From Mobula hypostoma (taxonomy: Eukaryota): a stretch of DNA of 64,000 nt. The number at the start of each line of letters is the position of its first letter. The stretch's first letter is position 1. The notes under the pieces are model-generated. The model searched no databases, was not told the DNA's origin, and worked only from the letters and a program-made list of their open reading frames with translations. The DNA lies in contig NC_086107.1 in NCBI RefSeq assembly GCF_963921235.1, positions 112,718,001 through 112,782,000 of the forward strand, written 5' to 3'. Below, in pieces: positions 23,945 through 36,589 of the stretch. Made by a program: the position numbers and the translations under genes.

Positions 23945-25086
23945 ATTAGGGCACATGGTATTGGGGGCAGAGTACTGACATGGATGAAAATTGGCTGGCT
24001 GACCGAAGACAAAGAGTAGCGATTAACGGGTCCCTTTTGGAATGGCAGGCGGTGACCAGTGGGGTACCGTAGGGTTCAGTGCTGGGACCGCAGCTGTTTA
24101 CAATATATATTAATGATTTAGATGAGGGAATTAAAAGTAACATTAGCAAATTTGCCGATGACACAAAGCTGGGAGGCAGTGTGAAATGTGATGAGGATGT
24201 TATGAGAATGCAGGGTGACTTGGACAGGCTGGGTGAGTGGGCAGATGCATGGCAGATGCAGTTTAATGTGGATAAATGTGAGGTTATCCACTTTGGTGGT
24301 AAGAACGGGAAGGCAGATTATTATCTAAATGGAGTCAAGTTAGGAAAAGAGGAAGCACAATGAGATCGAGGTGTTCTTGTACATCAGTCACTGAAAGCAA
24401 GCATGCAAGTACAGCAGACAGTGAAAAAGGCTAATGGTATGCTGGCCTTCATAATAAGGGGAATTGAGTACAAGAGCAAAGAGGTCCTTCTGCAGCTGTA
24501 CAGGGCCCTGGTGAGACCACACCTGGAGTACTGTGTGCAGCTTTGGTCTCCAAATTTGAGGAAGGACATTCTTGCTATTGAGGGAGTGCAGCGTAGGTTC
24601 ACAAGGTTAATTCCGGGGATGGCGGGACTGTCATATGTCGAAAGATTGGAGCAACTTGGCTTGTATACTCTGGAATTTAGAAGACTGAGAGGGGATCTTA
24701 TTGAAACATGTAAGATTATTAAGGGATTGGACATGCTGCAGGCAGGAAGCATGTTCCCACTGATGGGTGAGTCCAGAACCAGAGGCCACAGTTTAAGAAT
24801 TAGGGGTAGGCCATTTAGAATGGAGTTGAGGAAAAACTTTTTTCACCCAGAGAGTGGTGGATATATAGAATGCTCTGCCCCAGAAGGCTGTGGAGGCCAA
24901 GTCTCTGGATGCTTTCAAAAAAGAGATGGATAGAGCTCTTAAAGATAGTGGAATCAAAGGTTATGGGGATAGGGCAGGAACTGGATACTGATTGTGGATG
25001 ATCAGCCATGATCACAGTGAATGGCGGTGCTGGCTCGAAGGGCCGAATGGCCTACTCCTGCATCTATTGTCTATTGTCTATTGTCT
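23945..25086 (+). mobile_element. CR1 subfamily B, 5'-truncated
   Basis: ORFs 24079..24363 and 24403..24933 (RT C-terminus with stops); (CTATTGT)3 tail. Confidence 0.93.
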
Positions 25087-25202
25087 AAAGACTGGCCACA
25101 GATTCTGGATTGTCAATGATAGCCACATTCAGTAAATAATTAATCAAAAATTAGTGGCATGTTCTGTGGTATCAGAACATGTAGCAAGGAAAGCTGCAAA
25201 AC

Positions 25203-25855
25203 TTATTTCTAAGGTATTAAATATAGATATCTCTCCTCACCCTATTACTGCTATCTTTGGACTACCTAAAATTTCTAGTAATCTTTCCCCTTCAGCCCGT
25301 AGAATGATTGCATTTCTTACTTTAATGGCGAAAAGATGTATTTTACAACATTGGAAAGAGCTTAATGCTCCAACTACCTTTTTTTGGTTTTCTCAGACGA
25401 TTTTATGTTTGAATCTGGAGAAAATTAGAAGTAACCTTTATGATTCTTCATTTAAATTTGAACAGATTTGGGGACCTTTTATTCGATATTTTCATTTAAT
25501 GTAATATTTACCCTTCTTGTTTTTTTTTCACTGTTTTAATGGAGGTCGGGATTGAGGACGTGATTTTAAGTTTAACTCTGTTTGGTTTCAAGTTAGCCCA
25601 TTGCTTTGCTTTGCTTTTAGTTAGTTGCACGGTGGGTTTTTTTTTGGGGTTTTTTTTTTCTTTTTTTCCATTGATATATATAAAATCTAGTATACTATTA
25701 TGTTATCTTGGTTTCTTATGCTTAAATTACATTGTTTGTAGTATTTTCTTTTTGGTATTGTTATCTTTTGGAATTTTATTATACTTTAACATTGTATTAA
25801 TGTTTATATGGCTTACCTTTTTTGTATACTTACTCAATAAAAAGATTTAAAAAGA
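25203..25855 (+). mobile_element. L1-clade LINE 3' fragment with 17-bp TSD
   Basis: ORF2 C-terminus (AKRCILQHWK...LNLEKIR...FEQIWGPFI), T-rich 3' UTR, AATAAA and A-rich tail. TSD AAGGAAAGCTGCAAAAC at 25186-25202 and 25856-25872. Confidence 0.85.
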
Positions 25856-26082
25856 AAGGAAAGCTGCAAAACCCCAAATTGTTGTCCTTTAGAGAGAAGG
25901 GAAGCTGTCAAATCCATGCCCTAGTCTGATCTCCATGTGGCACTGGCCACCAAGCTACAAGATTGGCTTTTGATGTACTAAGAAGTATCCTCGCCATCGC
26001 CCTCTGTTCATAAGGAGCGGGCAATTTGCGTAGCCTTCCCATTGTTACTTCATTAACGAGGAGGATAAGAATCTACAAACGT

Positions 26083-26659
26083 TCAGTGGCTACTTTAGTA
26101 AGTAAAGCTGTACACCTTGTTAATGCAAGTATCTAATCAGCCAATCATGTGGCAGCAACTCAATGCATAAAAGCATGCAGACATGGTCAAGAGGTTCAGT
26201 TGTTGTTCAGATCATACTTCAGAATGGGGAAGAAATGTGATGTAAGTGACTGACTGGAATGGTTTTTGGTCTGGGTATCTCAGAAGTGGCTGATCTGGGA
26301 TTTTCACGCACAGCAGGGGTTCCCAACCTGGGGTTCACAGACCTCTCGGTAAATTAATGGTAGGAGTCCATTGCAGAGAAAGGATTGGGAACCCCTGGTC
26401 TAGAGATTGCCGAGAATGGTGCAAAAAAAAACCTTTCATTGAGCAGCAGTTTTAAGGGCGAAAATGACTTGATAATGAGAGAGGCAAGAGGAAAGTGGAT
26501 AGATTGGATCAAGTTTACAGGAAGGCAACAGTGACTCAAATAACCGCACATTAGCACTGGTGTGCAGAAGAGCATCAAACCGTGAAGTGGACGGGCTACA
26601 GCAGCAGAAGACTACACCGGCTTACACTCTCGTACCTAATAAATTAGTCACTGAGTGTA
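26083..26659 (+). mobile_element. Non-autonomous Tc1-like element carrying a hAT MITE (26314-26397)
   Basis: Same family as 13905-14412, with TIR remnants at both ends. The internal CAGGGGTTCCCAA...TTGGGAACCCCTG insert is the MITE. Confidence 0.8.
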
Positions 26660-26919
26660 AACTTTCTGGTGGAGAATTGGTTCTTTTTATTTTAAATGTG
26701 TTTCTGGTACTGTTAGAGACTGTGATCTACAGTTTGAAGATCAATTGAGTGATCTGGCACTTTGCAGTCTGAGAAGATTCCAGGAGGTGAGTTGCCTCGA
26801 GGCGAAGAAGCCAATAATCAACACCATTTTTCACTGATTAAAGCATTGAGGAAGATTGAAATAATCAAGGCATGTCCGGAAGGTGAGTGAGTGTTCAGCG
26901 CCGTCCACCAGTCTCTCAC

Positions 26920-27350
26920 TAGCTACTGCCGGAGGAAGGGGTCTGCGTGTGATGGTCTCTCCCTGTCCCCTGTCCCCTGTCTCCTGTCCCCTCTCCCCCT
27001 CCCCCTCTCTCGCTGCTGCCGGAGGAAGGTGTCCGTGGGTGACTCCCCCTACCCCCTCCCCCTCTCCCCCTTCCCTCTCCCCCCTCTCCCCCTCCCCCCT
27101 TCCCCGATCTCTCCCCTTCCCCCGTCTCCCCCTCTCCCCTTCCCCCTCTCCCCTTCCCCCTCTGCCCTTCCTCCTCTCCCCTTCCCTCTTCTCTCCCCTT
27201 CCCCCTTCTCTCCCCTTCCCCCTTCTCTTCCTTTCCCCCCCTCCCCCCTCCCCCCTCCCCCCCACTGGAGGAAGGTCTCTGCGAGTGGCGGTCTCCTGTT
27301 TGCTGCTCCCAAAGGAGGGTACCTGCGTTTGAACGGTCACGCTCTCCCTC
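26920..27350. repeat. Low-complexity polypyrimidine tract within reiterated GCTGCCGGAGGAAGG motifs
   Basis: 27050-27263 is almost purely C/T. Three GGAGGAAGG-containing units; a related unexpanded sequence lies at ~30050-30170. Confidence 0.85.
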
Positions 27351-28364
27351 AGTGCCTATGGGTCTTGCCAATGAGCCAGAGGACAAACCAGACTTGCAGT
27401 GTACCAGTGTCCAACCAGTTCTTGCAATCACAATAAAAACACAGAAAATGATCACTCACACTTTTTTTTGGACCAGCACCATCTTGGCACAACAGTGCGC
27501 AACAAGACCAGGTGACAACACAATAACGATACCTGTTTTGTGGATCAAAAACCAGGGACATGGATCTAAAGTAACTAGAGACATTCTAGGCTGCAAATGT
27601 TGGAATCTGAAGCGAAAAAAAAACTTCCTGAGGAACTCAGCAGCTGGCATCTCTAGAGGGAAATGGATAGTTGACATTCCAGGTCGAGATTCTGCCTCAG
27701 GACATCAAATAATTGGTGTCTTCTTTGAGGGACCAGGGAAGATGTTTTTTTGCCCAGAGACTGGAAGAGGTCTGGAATTCTCTGTCTGAAAGCAGGGTGG
27801 AAGCTGAAAGCTTCTTTCCATTTGCAAAGTACTTGGATATGTAGTTGAACTATGGTGGCGTATAATGTAACAGTCCTAGCGTTGCTGATTAACTGGACTC
27901 TGACAACTTGCACTCCTTCCTCAATAACACTTCGCTTGTGCACAAGGAGAATAGCATGGCCCCTGTCACCAAACTGTTCTGAAGTTTGAACAAAGAAATT
28001 CCATCCTTGTACAGAAATTGACACCAGTTATATACATATATTTATCCAATAGAAACTTTGTGTACTTCTGAATCCCATCATTTGCATTTTTAAGTACCAA
28101 TCATAATACATATTTCAGGTGTTAATATACAATTAATTCTGCGTGTTAAAGGACAATAACACTTGTGAGTTAATAAATCACTGAGCTTTAGTAAGTCTGC
28201 TCAGTGACCTTGGTTCCCAGGCTTGAACAGAAATACTCTACAAGAAATAGGGTTTCAAGGACTATGTTAAGCCTGGATGACTACACTATGTCTGCATACT
28301 GTCTTTCTCAGCTTAACTTCTTGACTGTCACCTTAGTAAACTTTCATACATAGAACAGCTGCAC

Positions 28365-28640
28365 AAAGTTTGATGTTGTGGTGTTCGCCGAGCTTGGCAA
28401 TTAACTTGCAGATGTTTCATCATCAGTCGAGGTGACATCTTCAGTGCACAGTTGTTGATGTTTCTCTCTGGGAGTGCTCACATTTACGTAGGCCTCTGTT
28501 CACTTGCCTCTGCTCTGATTGGTTACCCTTTCAGTTGACCTTTGAATTCTATTGGCTCGCGTTTCTTTGGCTCTTTGGGGTTCGTAGATGAGTCTATTTC
28601 GATATATTTGTTTACAGAGTAATCAGAAGAGAGTCTATAC
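28365..28640 (-). mobile_element. Second Penelope-like family 3' end with hammerhead-like motif (28407-28448)
   Basis: Minus strand reads TGCA-CTGAAGA-TGTCACC...GATGAT-GAAAC-ATC-TGCA, preceded by a degenerate GIY-YIG C-terminal remnant (SVNKYIEID). Confidence 0.6.
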
Positions 28641-28709
28641 TTCAGTCCTAACCTCCAACCCATCCCTACGTAACTCTCATTTTTATTCTATCCAGAAACT
28701 TGCAGTGGG

Positions 28710-28982
28710 TGTCATGGCAGCATAGCGGTTAGCACAGTTCGGGGCAACAAAGTTTGGAGTTCAATTCCGATATCATCGGTAAGGAGTCTCTATATGCTCC
28801 CTGTGGAACGTGTGGGTTTTCTCTGCGAGCTTCGGTTTCCTCCCACATTCCAAAGACATAGGTTAATTGGTCATTGTGAATTGTCCTGTGATTAGCCTGC
28901 AGTTAACTTGGGATTCCTGGGCGGCACGGCTCAGAGGGCTGGAAGGGTCTATTCCATGCTGTATCTCAATAAATAAATAAAT
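28710..28982 (+). mobile_element. tRNA-derived SINE
   Basis: TAGCGGTTAGC head, GAGTTCAATTC B-box, GGTTTCCTCCCACATTCCAAAGAC core and (AAAT)n tail. Confidence 0.8.
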
Positions 28983-29289
28983 GTTTTATTGCACAGATGG
29001 ATTTAATTGCTGTCAGTGTAACAGACAAGACTTCAGCAGGGAATGACTCATTTCTTGATTGCTCAGTTAGATTCTTCACAACATGTCCAAATACAGCACT
29101 GCAAAAAGTGAAGTTGCACGTTGCAAAATAATTTGCTGAACTTGTCAATCGGATGAGACCACAGTTGTGATCTGCGTTGAATTTTTTCCTTCGTCTATAT
29201 TTTCGTTTTGGCTGAAGTGTGAAGAGGCACTGGCTTTTTCAAAGCCTTTTATATACCTGCTGCCCAAAACCAAATGGCCATTCTACATT

Positions 29290-29700
29290 TTCTTCTTTTG
29301 CCCGTTACGCCGCTGGCGTTTAGGACAGCAATGAAGGTCCTTCATCTCTTGTGACATTCACGGCTTCTTTCTTCGTGTTGGTTCCTCTCGGCTTACTGTC
29401 AGTTATGCAAGTCCTGAGTGGAGACTCAGGTACATCATCGCACTCAGATGTAGAAGGATTCTTCACTGCTGTTTTTGTAACAATTTTGTTTTACAGTCAG
29501 GGTTGTTGGCCTTGAACTGAACCCTTGAACCTGGAGGACCGGTGGACCACTCTTAGTCTGGCCTCTACCCTTTGACCTGTTTGGCATGGGTGACCCCACC
29601 AAGAGCCAAAGCACAAAGCCCTGACTCCAGCCAGCATAGCTCTCCGGGTCATTGAGGCACGCAAGACTCCAAATCCAATGACAAGTTTGTGGTCCTTTTG
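29290..29700 (-). mobile_element. RTE-related non-autonomous element
   Basis: (GAA)n-type tail on the minus strand at the left end, and CCTCTACCCTTTGACCTGTTTGGCATGGGTGACCCCACCAAGAG segment resembling RTE/Expander 5' UTRs. Confidence 0.55.
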
Positions 29701-30872
29701 GAGGTATTCTACATGTGCAGGCCTCAATAGTGGCCAACTGTTCAACTTTAGTTTGCAGTCAAAACTCATGCCCTCTCTCCAACTCACTTAACAGGCAATA
29801 GCAGCAGACCGAGTAAGGTGCACCAAAAGGCTCTGGAGGTTAGATGGCAGTTTGTTTTGTTTGAAGAAATTGAATAGAACAGTAAGAAAATTAGCTTCAG
29901 TCATGTAGGGCGTTAATGGGACCTCGTGTGCGCGCCCATGATAGACTCCATCTCTTGCTAATTTCACTGATTAAAGCGCTGAGGAAGAATGAAATTATTA
30001 AGGTGGTTGCAGAAGGCAGCTGTGTTCTCAGCATAGTCTATCTGCCTCTCACCAGCTGCGCCAGAGGAGGTGTCTGCGTGTGGCGGTCTCTCCCTCTGTC
30101 ACTCGCTGCTCCCAAGGGAAGGCCCTTGAGTCCGAATGAGCTCTCTCTCTCTCCTCCTCGATGCTGTTGTGGGATGGTGCGGTAGCAAGGTTCAATTGGC
30201 GCTAATTCGGGCTCTTAGGTTTATGATGCGTTCTAGTTCAAATCGCTATTGTCACTATCTCTGGGCGGTTTTTGAATCTTCGCGACAGCCTGCAGATAAT
30301 GAACACAGCTGAACTGAACTGAAATATGCCTTTTGCTTCTGTTTTGTTGCTGTTTGCACGTTTTTTTGCACAGGGTGAAGCGGGGGGATTTGATGGTTGA
30401 TGTTTTTCTTTGGGCAGGTTGGTTCCATGGTTCTTGTTTCGTGACTGTCTGTGAGGAAGACAAATCTCAGGGTGGTATACTACATACATACTTCGATGAG
30501 AAATGCACTTTGAACGTCAGGAATTCTGTGTATGGCATTGATCTTATGTAAGGCTGGATGTTTGGCAAAGGTTTACCTGGCAGATACCTGCAAAGGGCAG
30601 GTTCTCTTATGAGGAAAGGTTGGACAGGCTTGTATCTGCTGCAGTCTGGAAAAGTGAGAGGTGACTTGATTAAAATGTAGAAGATGCTGAGGAGCTTTGA
30701 CAGGGTGCATGTGGATAAGAGGTTTCATCTTGTGGGGAAAAATCTAAAACTGAGGCACTTCGGGCTCATGTATTTAAGGCAGAGATGAAGAGGAGGAGAC
30801 ATAGGAGAGTGCAGATGGTGGAATCTGGAACAATAAATAACTGGCTGGTAGAACTGAGCAGGTCGAGTCGCG

Positions 30873-31382
30873 TAAAGTGGCCACTGAATGTATGTTCGTG
30901 GTCTTCTGTTGCTGTAGCCCGTCCACTTCAAGGTTCAATACAGTATGTTGTGTGTTCAAAGATGCTTTTCTGCACACCACTGTTGTAGCATGTGGTTATT
31001 TGTTACTGTCACCTTCCTGTCAGCTTGAACCAGTCTGTCCATTCTTCTGTGAACTCTCTCATTAACAAGGGGTTTTTGCTCTCAGAATTGCCATTCACTA
31101 GATGTTTTTTTTGCACCATTCTCTGTATACTGTAGAGTGTGTTGTGCATGAAAATCCCAGGTGATCAGCAGTTTCTGAAATACTCAAACCTCCCCATCTG
31201 CCACCATGATCAAAGTCACTTGGATCACATTTCTTCCCCATTCTGATGTTTGGCCTGAACAACAACAGAACCTTTTGACCACGTCTGCGTGTTTTTTATG
31301 CATGGAGTTGCTGCCACATGATTGGCAGTTTAGATCTGCATTAGCGAGCAAGGGTACCTAATAAAGTGGCCACTGAGTGTAC
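30873..31382 (-). mobile_element. Non-autonomous Tc1-like element
   Basis: Reverse-complement copy of the 13905 family; TIR GTACCTAATAAAGTGGCCACTGAGTGTA. Confidence 0.85.
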
Positions 31383-31854
31383 ATGCTATTCAAGTGAGTG
31401 ATACTTCGGATGGATAAGATTACATCCAGTCATCTGTGGTTTGTGAAATGGCAGCACGGGCTTTACGGACCGAATGGCCTCTTCCTACTCCTCACTCATG
31501 GTTGGTAAAGAAGTTAGAATACTGCAGACGCTGGAAATCTGAAACTAAAGCACAATGGAAAATTCTGCAAATGCTCAGCAAGTTGAGCAGCATTTGTGGA
31601 AAGGTCGTTGACCTGAACTGTCATCTCTCCTTCAAGTGATGCCTGACTTCACGAATGCTTGCAGCATTTTGGTTTTGCTGATTCATCAGTTGCTGTCAGT
31701 GCCTCTTTTCCAATATGTGATTGTTGGTAATGTTCCCATCAGTTCAGTTCTGACTTGTTGGTGCTTTGAATTCAATTGAGACAAGCCAATCAATGTGACA
31801 CAGCATGTGTGTCATACAGAATTTGTACTGAGCTTGTCTTAAAGTGGGTATTAG

Positions 31855-32220
31855 ACTGTAAGACATAGGAGCAGAATTAGGCCATTCAGCCCATCAAGTC
31901 TGCTCTGCCATTACATCATGTCTGATTTATTATCCTTCTCAATCCTATTCTCCCCATAACCTTAAACACCCTGACTAATCAAGAACCTATCAACTCCAGT
32001 TTAAATATATCCAATGATTTGATCTCCACAGCTGTTTGTGAAAATGAATTCCACAGATTCCTTACCCCCTGCCTACAAACTTCCTCAGCTCTGTTTTAAA
32101 TGGATGTCCCTCTGCTCTGGTCCTCTACTCCCCTGCTATAAGAAACATCCTCTGCAGATGCACTCTATCTAGGCCTTTCAGTATTCTATAGGTTTCAATG
32201 AGATCTCCCCCTCTTTCTTC
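31855..32220 (-). mobile_element. Degenerate CR1 3' end
   Basis: AAGACATAGGAGCAGAATTAGGCCATTCAGCCC terminus and GAATTCCACAGATTC motif. Confidence 0.75.
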
Positions 32221-32308
32221 TTGACGGTCTCTGATGTACCCGAGCAAAAGACAAATCTGATTGTTTAGGCAGGAGAATCATCTGTTTTCTTTCTGCCTCT
32301 CGTACCAG

Positions 32309-32404
32309 GTACCCCACAGACTGCTGACCTTCCAGCTGGTCCCTGGTGTGGACGTGTGCTTACTGTGTGGACCAACTCCATCTCTGCAACAGGTTCAGTC
32401 AGAG
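32309..32404 (+). CDS. FUZ: FUZ coding exon 7 (VPHRLLTFQLVPGVDVCLLCGPTPSLQQVQSE)
   Basis: Pyrimidine tract + accag acceptor, gtgagg donor, 96 nt. VPHRLLT and CLLCGP are FUZ motifs. Confidence 0.96.
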
Positions 32405-32704
32405 GTGAGGCAGAAGTCCTTCCGCTCTTTGTGGCTGTACAATTCAAGACTTCTGCATAGTCTTGTTGCTTCCACTAGCGGGTATCATTGTGGTTCCCCT
32501 CAATCCTCCTGTACATCTTTTAACCAAAAGTTACTGCATTGAGATCAGAAGCCATAGCTCTTCTTCTAACCTGGCCCTCTGCTCCCTTCTCTTTTATGCT
32601 TGTTCCCATTGATGCTTCCTTGCCCTTACTCATTTTTTTCCCTTTAGCTGCTTTCTATTTCTGTAACCCCCCTCACCCTTACCAGCTGCAGTCACAGAAC
32701 AGTG

Positions 32705-33070
32705 TCAGAATCAGGTTTAATATCACCGGCATACAGTATGTTGTGAAATATGTTAACTTTGCAGCTGCAGTACATGATTATGTATAGTTACAGTATGTGT
32801 CTATAGATGTACACTGTAAATTACAGTAAGTATATTAAATTGTTAAATAAGTAGTGCAAAAACAGAAGCAAAAAGTAGTGAGGTTATGTTCATGGGTCCA
32901 TTCAGAAATCAGATGGCAGAGGGGAAGGTGTTCCTGAATCATTGAGTGTGTGCCTTCTGGCTCCTGTACCTGCTTCCTGATGGCAACAGTGACAAGGGGG
33001 CATTTTCTGGGTGGTGGGGGTCCTTAATGATGGACGCTGCCTTTTTTGGGCACTGTTCCATGAAGATGTC
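32705..33070 (-). mobile_element. Rex/L2-type LINE 3' fragment
   Basis: CAGAATCAGGTTTAATATCACC tail; same family as 5125-5555. Confidence 0.7.
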
Positions 33071-33320
33071 CACGTGGTAACCAACAGTGCTTCATTCTAG
33101 GTTTGAGCAAGCAACCCTGAGGAATGATTTCTGTGACAGTATTGATTATCACTCGTTTTGCAGGTGTGTAAAGGAGGCGAGCGAGCTGTTCTGCTCAGTT
33201 GTGTATCCAGTGAAAGTGATCACTAAGAGGGTTGGTCACCTGGGTTAACGTGGTATGAAGTTGTATGTAAATTGTTTCTGGAGCATTTAACAAAATGTAT
33301 TTATTTTTTCCTGCCACCAG

Positions 33321-33427
33321 TTAGTTGAACGATTCTGGAGTCCATTGCTTGAACCTTTAAAAACCTGCTTCAGGTTGCATCACTGCTCTTTCCCTGCCTG
33401 CAGTCCTTTACACCATAGCATAGTTGG
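33321..33427 (+). CDS. FUZ: FUZ coding exon 8 (LVERFWSPLLEPLKTCFRLHHCSFPACSPLHHSIV-G)
   Basis: ccaccag acceptor, gtaagt donor, 107 nt. Resembles human LLERWWQPLLDPLRAC...PLHTDILG. Confidence 0.93.
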
Positions 33428-33446
33428 GTAAGTTGTTTCATAATAT

Positions 33447-36400
33447 GTACAATGGAACGTACAAAGGAGAAAAGTAAAAGTGGCAGGCCGACAGATCCAG
33501 GGCAAGCATTAAAAAGGGCCACTTTTTAACATAATTGTGTAAGGGCTAAGAGAGTCGTAAAAGAGCGCCTGAAGGCTTTGTGTGTCAATGCAAGGAGCAT
33601 TCATAATAAGGTGGATGAATTGAAAGTGCAGATTGTTATTAACGATTATGATATAGTTGGGATCACAGAGACATGGCTCCAGGGTGACCAAGGATGGGAG
33701 CTCAACGTTCAGGGATATTCAATATTCTGGAGGGACAGACATGAAGGAAGGGGAGGTGGGGTGGCGTTGCTGGTTAAAGAAGAGATTAAGGCAATAGAAA
33801 GGAAGGACATAAGCCGGGAAGATGTGGAATCGATATGGGTAGAACTGCGTAACACTAAGGGGCAGAAGACGCTGGTGGGAGTTGTGTACAGGCCACGTAA
33901 CAGTAGTAGTGAGGTCGGAGATGGTATTAAACAGGAAATTAGAAATGTGTGCAATAAAGGAACAGCAGTTATAATGGGTGACTTCAATCTACATGTAGAT
34001 TGGGTGAACCAAATTGGTAAAGGTGCTGAGGAAGAGGATTTCTTGGAATGTATGCGGGATGGTTTTTTGAACCAACATGTCGAGAAACCAACTAGAGAGC
34101 AGGCTATTCTGGACTGGGTTTTGAGCAATGAGGAAGGGTTAATTAGCGATCTTGTCGTGAGAGGCCCCTTGGGTAAGAGTGACCATAATATGGTGGAATT
34201 CTTCATTAAGATGGAGAGTGACATAGTTAATTCAGAAACAAAGGTTCTGAACTTAAAGAGGGGTAACTTTGAAGGTATGAGACGTGAATTAGCTAAGATA
34301 GACTGGCAAATGACACTTAAAGGATTGACGGTGGATATGCAATGGCAAGCATTTAAAGGTTGCATGGATGAACTACAACAATTGTTCATCCCAATTTGGC
34401 AAAAGAATAAATCAAGGAAGGTAGTGCACCCGTGGCTGACAAGAGAAATTAGGGATAGTATCAATTCCAAAGAAGAAGCATACAAATTAGCCAGAGAAAG
34501 TGGCTCACCTGAGGACTGGGAGAAATTCAGAGTTCAGCAGAGGAGGACAAAGGGCTTAATTAGGAAGGGGAAAAAAGATTATGAGAGAAAACTGGTAGGG
34601 AACATAAAAACGGACTGTAAAAGCTTTTATAGATATGTAAAAAGGAAAAGACTGGTAAAGACAAATGTAGGTCCCCTGCAGACAGAAACAGGTGAATTGA
34701 TCATGGGGAGCAAGGACATGGCAGACCAATTGAATAATTACTTTGGTTCTGTCTTCACTAAGGAGGACATAAATAATCTTCCAGAAATAGTAGGGGACAG
34801 GGGGTCCGGTGAGATGGAGGAACTGAGTGAAATACATGTTAGTAGGGAAGTGGTGTTAGGTAAATTGAAGGGATTGAAGGCAGATAAATCCCCAGGGCCA
34901 GATGGTCTGCATCCCAGAGTGCTTAAGGAAGTAGCCCAAGAAATAGTGGATGCATTAGTGATAATTTTTCAAAACTCTTTAGATTCTGGATTAGTTCCTG
35001 AGGATTGGAGGGTGGCTAATGTAACCCCACTTTTTAAAAAAGGAGGGAGAGAGAAACTGGGGAATTATAGCCTGACATTGGTGGTGGGGAAACTGCTGGA
35101 GTCAGTTATGAAAGATGTGATAACAGCACATTTGGAAAGCGGTGAAATGATCGGACAAAGTCAGCATGGATTTGTGAAAGGAAAATCATGTCTGACGAAT
35201 CTCATAGAATTTTTTGAGGATGTAACTAGTAGGGTGGATAGGGGAGAACCAGTGGATGTGGTATATTTGGATTTTCAAAAGGCTTTTGACAAGGTCCCAC
35301 ACAGGAGATTAGTGTGCAAACTTAAAGCACACGGTATTGGGGGTAAGGTATTGGTGTGGGTGGAGAATTGGTTAGCAGACGGGAAGCAAAGAGTGGGAAT
35401 AAACGGGACCTTTTCAGAATGGCAGGCAGTGACTAGTGGGGTACCGCAAGGCTCAGTGCTGGGACCCCAGTTGTTTACAATATATATTAATGACTTGGGG
35501 TGAGGGAATTAAATGCAGCATCTCCAAGTTTGCGGATGACACGAAGCTGGGTGGCAGTGTTAGCTGTGAGGAGGATGCTAAGAGGATGCAGGGTGACTTG
35601 GATAGGTTGGGTGAGTGGGCAAATTCATGGCAGATGCAATTTAATGTGGATAAATGTGAAGTTATCCACTTTGGTGGCAAAAATAGGAAAACAGATTATT
35701 ATCTGAATGGTGGCCGATTAGGAAAAGGGGAGGTGCAACGAGACCTGGGTGTCATTATACACCAGTCATTGAAAGTGGGCATGCAGGTACAGCAGGCGGT
35801 GAAAAAGGCGAATGGTATGCTGGCATTTATAGTGAGAGGATTCGAGTACAGGAGCAGGGAGGTACTACTGCAGTTGTACAAGGCCTTGGTGAGACCACAC
35901 CTGGAGTATTGTGTGCAGTTTTGGTCCCCTAATCCGAGGAAAGACATCCTTGCCTTAGAGGGAGTACAAAGGAGGTTCACCAGATTGATTCCTGGGATGG
36001 CAGGACTTTCATATGAAGAAAGACTGGATGAACTGGGCTTGTACTCGTTAGAATTTAGAAGATTGAGGGGGGATCTGATTGAAACGTATAAGATCCTAAA
36101 GGGATTGGACAGGCTAGATGCAGGAAGATTGTTCCCGATGTTGGGGAAGTCCAGAACGAGGGGCCACAGTTTGAGGATAGAGGGGAAGCCTTTTAGGACC
36201 GAGATTAGGAAAAACTTCTTCACACAGAGAGTGGTGAATCCGTGGAATTCTCTGCCACAGGAAACAGTTGAGGCCAGTTCATTGGCTATACTTAAGAGGG
36301 AGTTAGATATGGCCCTTGTGGCTCCGGGGGTCAGGGGGTATGGAGGGAAGGCTGGGGCGGGGTTCTGAGTCGGATGATCAGCCATGATCATAATAAATGG

Positions 36401-36459
36401 CGGTGCAGGCTCGAAGGGCCGAATGGCCTACTCCTGCACCTATTTTCTATGTTTCTATG
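33447..36459 (+). mobile_element. CR1 subfamily A, near-complete ORF2 (APE endonuclease + RT) with one frameshift
   Basis: ORF 33578..35503 (NARS, ITETWL, MGDFN, SDHN, YLDFQKAFD, PQGSVLGP) and ORF 35436..36368 (FADDTK). TSD TAATAT at 33441-33446 and 36460-36465. Confidence 0.96.
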
Positions 36460-36589
36460 TAATATCAGTCAGCCAAAGAGAATATGTGCAAGGTAGAGGC
36501 CACAAGCACTTGTTCCCTAAACAGCAGTCCTTTACCTGAGTCCTTCACTCGTTACCTGTGTAACTTTCAAAGTTCAAAGTAAATTTATT

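Noticed and set aside
26831..27455. Several overlapping Pro-rich or Gly/Glu/Arg-rich ORFs
   Set aside because: Artefacts of a stop-free low-complexity C/T tract.
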